Shown here: positions 55,305 through 60,794 of the stretch, piece by piece | How the letters are laid out: each line of letters opens with the position of its first letter | How positions within the stretch are numbered: position 1 is the first letter of the stretch | NCBI GenBank assembly: GCA_050742335.1 | Contig: JBOGIR010000130.1 | Coordinates: 1 to 60,794, forward strand | Length of the DNA: 60,794 nucleotides | Direction of reading: 5' to 3' | Source of the DNA: Vicinamibacterales bacterium | Lineage (GTDB): Bacteria; Acidobacteriota; Vicinamibacteria; Vicinamibacterales; UBA2999 | Made by a program: the position numbers and the translations under genes | The notes under the pieces: model-generated | What the model was told of the DNA's origin: nothing | What the model saw: the letters and a program-made list of their open reading frames with translations, nothing else | Database searches by the model: none

Positions 55305-55955
55305 ATGTTCGTCGGTCATCTGGCCGTGGCGCTCGGCGCCAAGCGTGCGTCCCCGCGCACGCCGCTTGCGGCACTGGTCGCGGCTGCGTTCGGGCTCGAC
55401 CTGATCTGGCCGATCCTGCTGTTCGTGGGACTCGAACGCGTGCGGATCGATCCGGGCAACAGCGCCTTCACCCCACTGGCCTTCGATCAGTACCCCTGGA
55501 GCCACAGCCTCAGCATGGCGATCGTGTGGGGCGTCGCGGCCGGACGCCTGTCCGTGGTGGTGCTCAAGCGCGCGGCCGCCGGGTTGGTGATCGGCTTGGC
55601 GGTCGTCAGCCACTGGGCGCTCGACTACGTCACGCACGTGCCGGACCTGCCGTTGTGGCCGGGCGGTCCTGAAGTGGGTCTCGGGTTGTGGAATTCGATT
55701 CCGGGGACGCTGATGGTGGAGGGCACGGTGTTCGCCGCCGCGATAGCCCTCTACCTGCGCGGTACGCGCCCGCGCGGGGCAACAGGCAAGTGGTCGCTCT
55801 GGTCGCTCATCGCCCTCACGACCGTCATCTGGATCAGCGGCCCCTGGTCGCCGCCGCCGCCAGGCGAACGCGCCGTTGCCTGGGTCGCTCTGGCGCTGTG
55901 GCTGTTTCCGCCCTGGGGCACCTGGATCGAGCGGACGCGTCAATCGATCTACTGA
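55305..55955 (+). CDS. Membrane protein, possibly a YdjM/DUF457-type metal-dependent hydrolase
   Basis: ATG at 55305 within ORF 55242..55955. MFVGHLAVALGA...WSHSL...SHWALDYVTH. The histidine pattern fits only loosely. Confidence 0.4.
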   Translation: MFVGHLAVALGAKRASPRTPLAALVAAAFGLDLIWPILLFVGLERVRIDPGNSAFTPLAFDQYPWSHSLSMAIVWGVAAGRLSVVVLKRAAAGLVIGLAVVSHWALDYVTHVPDLPLWPGGPEVGLGLWNSIPGTLMVEGTVFAAAIALYLRGTRPRGATGKWSLWSLIALTTVIWISGPWSPPPPGERAVAWVALALWLFPPWGTWIERTRQSIY

Positions 55956-56125
55956 CTATTGCAGATTGCAGATCGATCGATTGGAGATTGCTGTCGATTG
56001 GACGAATGTCGATCGACGAATTGATTGTGAGATTGGACGGTACCTCAGGAATCGTCAATCCATTCGACCAATCCTCAATCAGCAATCGTCAACACTCTTC
56101 AATCCTCCAATCTTCAATCTGCAAT
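55956..56125. repeat. About 170-bp imperfect palindrome built from attgNNN heptamer units between convergent genes
   Basis: The left arm is attgcagattgcagatcgatcgattggagattg... The right arm is ...caatcctccaatcttcaatctgcaat. The centre is near ggtacc at 56039. Confidence 0.75.
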
Positions 56126-56962
56126 TACCGAGGCAGCCGCTCCCCTGGAATGCCGAGCGCCGCGGCGATCTGCCGCAGCTTGTCCTGAATCACGCGCACA
56201 TTACGCGGCCCCATGCGCGCCAACTGCTTCTGCGCCGGCGTCAGTCGCTCGAGGCGCGGGTCTGCGAACCCGTACGACACCGCGCCCATCGGGACGAGAC
56301 GAATGTCGCCATCGACGGCAGGCGTCCGAAGCAGCGCCACGATGGCCGTCTCGAGCGCGACGTCGAAGGACCGTCCGCGGCCGAGCTCCGCGTACGCGTC
56401 TTCAATCCGCGGCTTCAGGGTGGCGTAAAGACGCGCGACGCCGTCGGCGTCCAGCGAATCGACGGCCGCGGCCAGCGGCGTGTACCGCGCGTAGGTTCGC
56501 GAGTCGATCAGCACGCCATCCTCGCGGTCGATGACCCGAAATCGGTCGGTTGGTCGAACCATACGCAACCGCGGAGCGGGGGTTGCGCCGTCGGCGATGT
56601 TGTCCACCGCCACCGTGAAGCTGCGCAGGAGGCCGCCAGTTGCAAGCCATGCGGCAATCACAGGGTGAGACGAGAGCCCGCGCACGAGCTGCCTGACCAG
56701 AGGGTCGGTCTCCGCGAGCGGAGGAAGCTCGATCGCGTCGACCTGCCCGCCGAGTGGACGCTCTACCGGAACGGGCGTCGCTGCTTCGGATTGCGCCTGC
56801 GGGGCCGGCTGTGCCTGGCGCCCGCTGAAATAGAACCACGCGGCGCCACCAACAGCGGCGATCACAACGGCCGCGATGATCCAACGTATCGGTGAGCGCG
56901 TCTCCTCGGGAAGTGGCGGCTCATCTGTCTGCAGTTCGTAGTCCGAGGCATCATCCAACATG
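56125..56962 (-). CDS. DUF3014-like single-pass membrane protein
   Basis: I prefer the ATG at 56962, with GGAGG 5 nt upstream, over the GTG at 57009. It has a TM helix IIAAVVIAAVGGAAWFYF. The C-terminal pattern FADPRLERLTPAQKQLARMGPRNVRVIQ is recalled as DUF3014. Confidence 0.6.
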
Positions 56963-57082
56963 CGGACCTCCGTGAATGGCTGACGTGAGACTGCAGGGGG
57001 AGATGCCACGCGTGCGACGGCACAAGAGCCAGTCTAACGTGGAGCCGAGTGCGCGGAGCAAGCACAGCTGTGGAATCTGCAC

Positions 57083-60000
57083 TTACCCGCTCCGGCCCAT
57101 ATACCCGCTGAAGACGGGCACGCGTCGGCCGGCGGCGGCTGCTGCAGCCTGGGCGGCCACGTCGGGCTCGACATCGGCGAGCCGTTTCAGCAGGTCCCCT
57201 TCCATCGCGGCAATCGGCACGCCATTGCGATAGACGATGCGGTTGCCCTGTGTGGCGCGGATGCGGTCGCCAGGGGTGATGATGCCGGTGAAATTCAGTG
57301 GATCTGCCGCGCTGATCGTGATCAGGCGGTGGTCGTCGCCCGAACGGCGCATCTCACGCAGCCGCTCGACGGCGTCCGGCAGCGCGAACTGCTCGCCCGC
57401 CATGCCCGAGACAAAGCGACCGCCGCGGATCTCGCCGCGCGCCTCGAGCCTCCGATAGATGGACACCAGTTCGCGCCACGGTACGCCGGCAGCCTCACGT
57501 GACACCACGCGCCGGAAGACGACGCCGTAGCGCTGGAGCAGCGTCCAGGCCAGTGTGTCCACCGCCACGTCGCGCGGCACTTCGCCCGACTCCCGCAACG
57601 CGAACCAGCGACCATCGGGGCCGGCGCGGTGCGCGCCGGTCGTCCACGGCGTGGCACCGATGACTCTCCGCAGTCCGGCGGCTCCATCGGAGCTGATGCA
57701 GCCAGCCGCGACCAGCTCGGCAAGCGCCGCATGAAGGTCGATTGCCCCGATCCCACAGGCGGAAGCGAGATCGTGCGCGAAGGAGGCGCCGTGCGAGCGG
57801 AGGCGATCGAGGACAGGATGTTCGACAGCGTCGAGGGCTGCCGGCCTCAGGGTGAGCCACGCCTCGGCATGTTCGCGGAGAAACAACGCAATCGGCGTGG
57901 CGCCCACCACCTGCGTCGGGCCGGTGGACAGGCGCGCCCAGCACACCTCCCCGGTCAGACACAGCATGTCGAGCAGCGCCGGCTCGTACCGGTCGAGCCG
58001 TGCCGGCAGCACGTCGCGTTCCCAGGCACGCGCGGGCACCTCGACGCCGTCGAGTTGCGCCATGATCGCCCGCAACCCATCGGGCCCGGCAAGCGTGGTC
58101 GAGGGGTCGACGTGCTGCCAGGCCAACAGGAACCGCATGAAGTCCGCCGGCGTCACCGGCGCAATCTCGGCGCGCAGGCGGTTCAGTGTGTAGCGATGCA
58201 TGCGGGCCAGCAGCGCGCGGTCGCACCATTCGACGGTGGCGGCACCCGGGGTAAAGACGCCACGCAGCACCACGCCGTCCGATTCGAGCGCGAGCAGCGT
58301 CGCGTCCGCATCGGCTGGCGACACGCCGAGCAGTTCGGCCAGCGTCGCTGCGGTGACCGGCCCGGCCACCGCCACGCGTCCCCGGAGGAGCGACACCAGC
58401 GCGTCATCCCTCGTCCAGACGCGCGCCGCTCGCGACTCGGGCGCCACGATTGGCGGATCCATCGTCCCGGTTGGATGCACTGTCAGCATCTCGGGGAGAC
58501 GTTCCGCAGCAACCCAGAGGGGCCGGTGCGCACCAACGGCGATTCGCGTGGCTCGGCCGCGCTCCACCAGCTCGCGGGCCATCGTCGCGTCCGCTTCGTG
58601 CTCGAGCAGAACCCCGGTCGTCACAAGGGCGTCGTGCAGCTCTTCGACGTCGCGGGGATCCGGCCGCACCTCGTCCACGACGCGGGCGATGGCGCCAGCG
58701 TCGAGCGATCCTACGTCTCCGGCCTCCAGACTGACGGGTCGCCGCGACTGCACCGCGCGCGTCCGCCGCTCTTCCAGCGGCGCATCGTCCACGAACGAGT
58801 ACGGCTTGGCGTTCAGCACTTCGTCCGCGAAGGCTGACGGCTCAGGGGTGTCGCGCGAGACCAGTTGCAGCTCGCCCGCATGAATGGCCGTCAGCACTCT
58901 TGCGAGGCCGTCGATGTCCATCGCGTCTTCCAGACAATCGCGCAGTGTCTGGCTCACCAGCGGGTGATCGGGAATCTCGCGGTCGCCGGGAATGTTGTCG
59001 AGACAGGCGGCCGCATCGGGAAACGCGGCGGCGAGCAGGTCGTCGGCCTGCATGCGCTGCAACTGGGGCGGCACCTTGGATCCACCCCGGCTGCGGGGGA
59101 CGGCGAGCGACACCGTGGCGTTCCAGCGCCAGCGGGTCGCAAAGAGCGGCGCGTCGAGCACCGCCTGGATCAGCGTGTCGCGCAGCGTGGCCGGGTGCAG
59201 ATATCGGAAGACGTCGGCCAGCGGGAACGAATGCTGCGGGCCGAGCGACAGCAGCAGCGCGTCTTCGGTGGCCACCGACTGCAGCTCGAAATTGAACTGA
59301 CGGCAGAAGCGCTTCCGCAGCGCGAACGCCCATGCCTTGTTGATCCGGCTGCCGAACGGCGCGTGCAGGACGAGCTGCATGCCACCCGACTCGTCGAAGA
59401 ACCGTTCCAGCACGAGCGTCTGCTGCGTCGGAATAACGCCAAGAGCCGAACGGCCGGCGGCCAGATATTCGAATAGCTGCCGGGCTGCGCCGTTCGAGAC
59501 TCCGATCTCAGAGACCATCCACTCCGTGACGGAGTCGGCCCACGCATGCTCTGCGGCGCGAGCTGTTGATTCGTCTCCGTGTCTCCGCCTGTCCGCCGTA
59601 GCCTCGGCGAAGGCGGATGTCTCTGTGGCCTGTGATCGCGACGTCTCCGTGGCCCGTGATGGCGTTTCCGTCGTGGCCTGTGACTGCCCCTCCCTGGTGG
59701 CCCGTGATTGCCTCTCCGTGGCCTGCGATCGCGCCGCCAGGCGCTCTTCGACGTCCGCGCGCAGGTCGCTGACGGCGCGAGACAGCTCGTCGCTGCGCGC
59801 CGGCGCCTCACCCAGCCAGAAGGGAATCGTCGGGGGCGCGCCGTGCGCGTCAACCACGCGCACTGTACCGGCGGTCACGCGCGTGATCTGCCACGAGGCG
59901 TTCCCGAGCTGAAAGATGTCGCCCGCCAGGCTCTCGATGGCGAAGTCTTCGTTGAGCGTGCCGATGAAGGTTTCGTCAGGCTCGACCACGACGCGGTAAT

Positions 60001-60794
60001 CCGCGACTTCCGGGATGGCGCCGCCGGATGTGAGCGCCAGCAGGCGCGACCCACGTCGCGGGTGCAGCACCCGATGCACCTCGTCACGGTGCACGAGGGC
60101 CGCCCGGCGCCCACGGCGCGTGGCAAAGCCGTCTGCAAGCATCGTCACCACGGAATCGAACGCACGTCGTTCAAGTGCCCGGTATGGCCACGCCCGGCGA
60201 ACGATGGTGAACAGATCGTCCTCGGTACACGCGCGGCAGGCGACCTCTGCTGTGATCTGTTGCGCGAGCACGTCGAGCGGCGCGTCTTGCACGGCGATGG
60301 CGTCGAGTTCCCCGCGCCGGACGGATCGAAGCAGGGCGGCGCACTCGACGAGGTCGTCGCGCGACACGGGCAGCAGACGCCCCTTGGGCGTGCCCGAAAT
60401 CGTGTGGCCCGACCGGCCGACGCGCTGCAGCAGCGTGGCGATCCGATTCGGTGATCCGATCTGGCAGACCAGATCGACGTGCCCGATGTCGATGCCGAGC
60501 TCCAGCGACGCCGTGGCAACCACGACTGCGATCTCGCCACGCTTGAGACGCTCCTCCGCGCTCAGGCGCGTGGCTCGTGACAAGCTGCCGTGGTGCGTGG
60601 CCACGCGGTCGGTACCAAGCCGCTCGCTCAGCTCGTGCGCGACGCGCTCCGCCTGACGGCGGGTGCTCACGAAGACGAGCGTGGCACGATGCGCCTGCAC
60701 CTGTGCGACGACCCGGTCGTAGATCTCGGCCCACAGCTCGTGCGTTGCGAGGGGGCCAAGCTCTTGGTCGGGCACGTCAATCGTGAGCTGAAGT
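57083..60794 (-). CDS. lhr: Lhr-like large ATP-dependent DEAH-box helicase, N-terminally truncated by the window edge
   Basis: The frame stays open to 60794. The RecA2 region has TLVFVSTRRQAERVA...HHGSLS...VATASLELGIDIG...QIGSP..IATLLQRVGRSGH, followed by a long Lhr-type C-terminal extension. A repeat insert lies at 59571-59733. Confidence 0.85.
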   Translation of the reverse strand, partial: LQLTIDVPDQELGPLATHELWAEIYDRVVAQVQAHRATLVFVSTRRQAERVAHELSERLGTDRVATHHGSLSRATRLSAEERLKRGEIAVVVATASLELGIDIGHVDLVCQIGSPNRIATLLQRVGRSGHTISGTPKGRLLPVSRDDLVECAALLRSVRRGELDAIAVQDAPLDVLAQQITAEVACRACTEDDLFTIVRRAWPYRALERRAFDSVVTMLADGFATRRGRRAALVHRDEVHRVLHPRRGSRLLALTSGGAIPEVADYRVVVEPDETFIGTLNEDFAIESLAGDIFQLGNASWQITRVTAGTVRVVDAHGAPPTIPFWLGEAPARSDELSRAVSDLRADVEERLAARSQATERQSRATREGQSQATTETPSRATETSRSQATETSAFAEATADRRRHGDESTARAAEHAWADSVTEWMVSEIGVSNGAARQLFEYLAAGRSALGVIPTQQTLVLERFFDESGGMQLVLHAPFGSRINKAWAFALRKRFCRQFNFELQSVATEDALLLSLGPQHSFPLADVFRYLHPATLRDTLIQAVLDAPLFATRWRWNATVSLAVPRSRGGSKVPPQLQRMQADDLLAAAFPDAAACLDNIPGDREIPDHPLVSQTLRDCLEDAMDIDGLARVLTAIHAGELQLVSRDTPEPSAFADEVLNAKPYSFVDDAPLEERRTRAVQSRRPVSLEAGDVGSLDAGAIARVVDEVRPDPRDVEELHDALVTTGVLLEHEADATMARELVERGRATRIAVGAHRPLWVAAERLPEMLTVHPTGTMDPPIVAPESRAARVWTRDDALVSLLRGRVAVAGPVTAATLAELLGVSPADADATLLALESDGVVLRGVFTPGAATVEWCDRALLARMHRYTLNRLRAEIAPVTPADFMRFLLAWQHVDPSTTLAGPDGLRAIMAQLDGVEVPARAWERDVLPARLDRYEPALLDMLCLTGEVCWARLSTGPTQVVGATPIALFLREHAEAWLTLRPAALDAVEHPVLDRLRSHGASFAHDLASACGIGAIDLHAALAELVAAGCISSDGAAGLRRVIGATPWTTGAHRAGPDGRWFALRESGEVPRDVAVDTLAWTLLQRYGVVFRRVVSREAAGVPWRELVSIYRRLEARGEIRGGRFVSGMAGEQFALPDAVERLREMRRSGDDHRLITISAADPLNFTGIITPGDRIRATQGNRIVYRNGVPIAAMEGDLLKRLADVEPDVAAQAAAAAAGRRVPVFSGYMGRSG
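59571..59733. repeat. Composite repeat insert in frame inside lhr: B-type units, a tccgcc/ggcgga hairpin, and five tandem units of 24 or 21 nt
   Basis: tcgtctccgtgtctccg; tccgcc-gtagcctcggcgaa-ggcgga; gtggcc recurs at 59625, 59649, 59673, 59697 and 59718. It encodes SQATERQ/SRATREGQ/SQATTETP/SRATETSR/SQATETS and FAEATAD. Confidence 0.8.

Overview
High-GC bacterial chromosomal window. Hand counts of ordinary 60-nt lines give about 43/60 G+C. Gene content and repeat flavour suggest a soil Acidobacteriota-like organism, but that is inference only. I call 46 protein genes. They cover housekeeping and envelope functions: an ABC-F ATPase, an ECF sigma/anti-sigma module, hslVU, two sigma-54 activators, an NtrC-like two-component pair, transaldolase, a split acyl-CoA carboxylase, TamB-BamA-SurA-like envelope genes, class II ribonucleotide reductase nrdJ, several oxidoreductases and hydrolases, a compact operon of secreted proteins ending in a TonB-dependent-receptor-like barrel, and a partial Lhr helicase at the right edge. 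I found no rRNA, tRNA, CRISPR array, transposase or integrase. The most unusual property is a very dense population of short structured repeats in at least six families. Two composite three-hairpin families show compensatory or wobble-compatible substitutions between copies. The repeats occupy nearly every intergenic gap. They also sit in frame inside at least five coding sequences: ABC-F, a histidine kinase, nrdJ (three different elements), an SDR and Lhr. A 1.6-kb low-GC islet (36836-38464) is bracketed by perfect 28-bp inverted copies of one hairpin repeat. It carries three orphan small genes and an elaborate regulatory region. A well-spaced sigma-54 -24/-12 motif with no gene behind it precedes about 220 nt of stacked hairpins upstream of nrdJ. 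All functional calls rest on motifs read by eye; no database search was possible.
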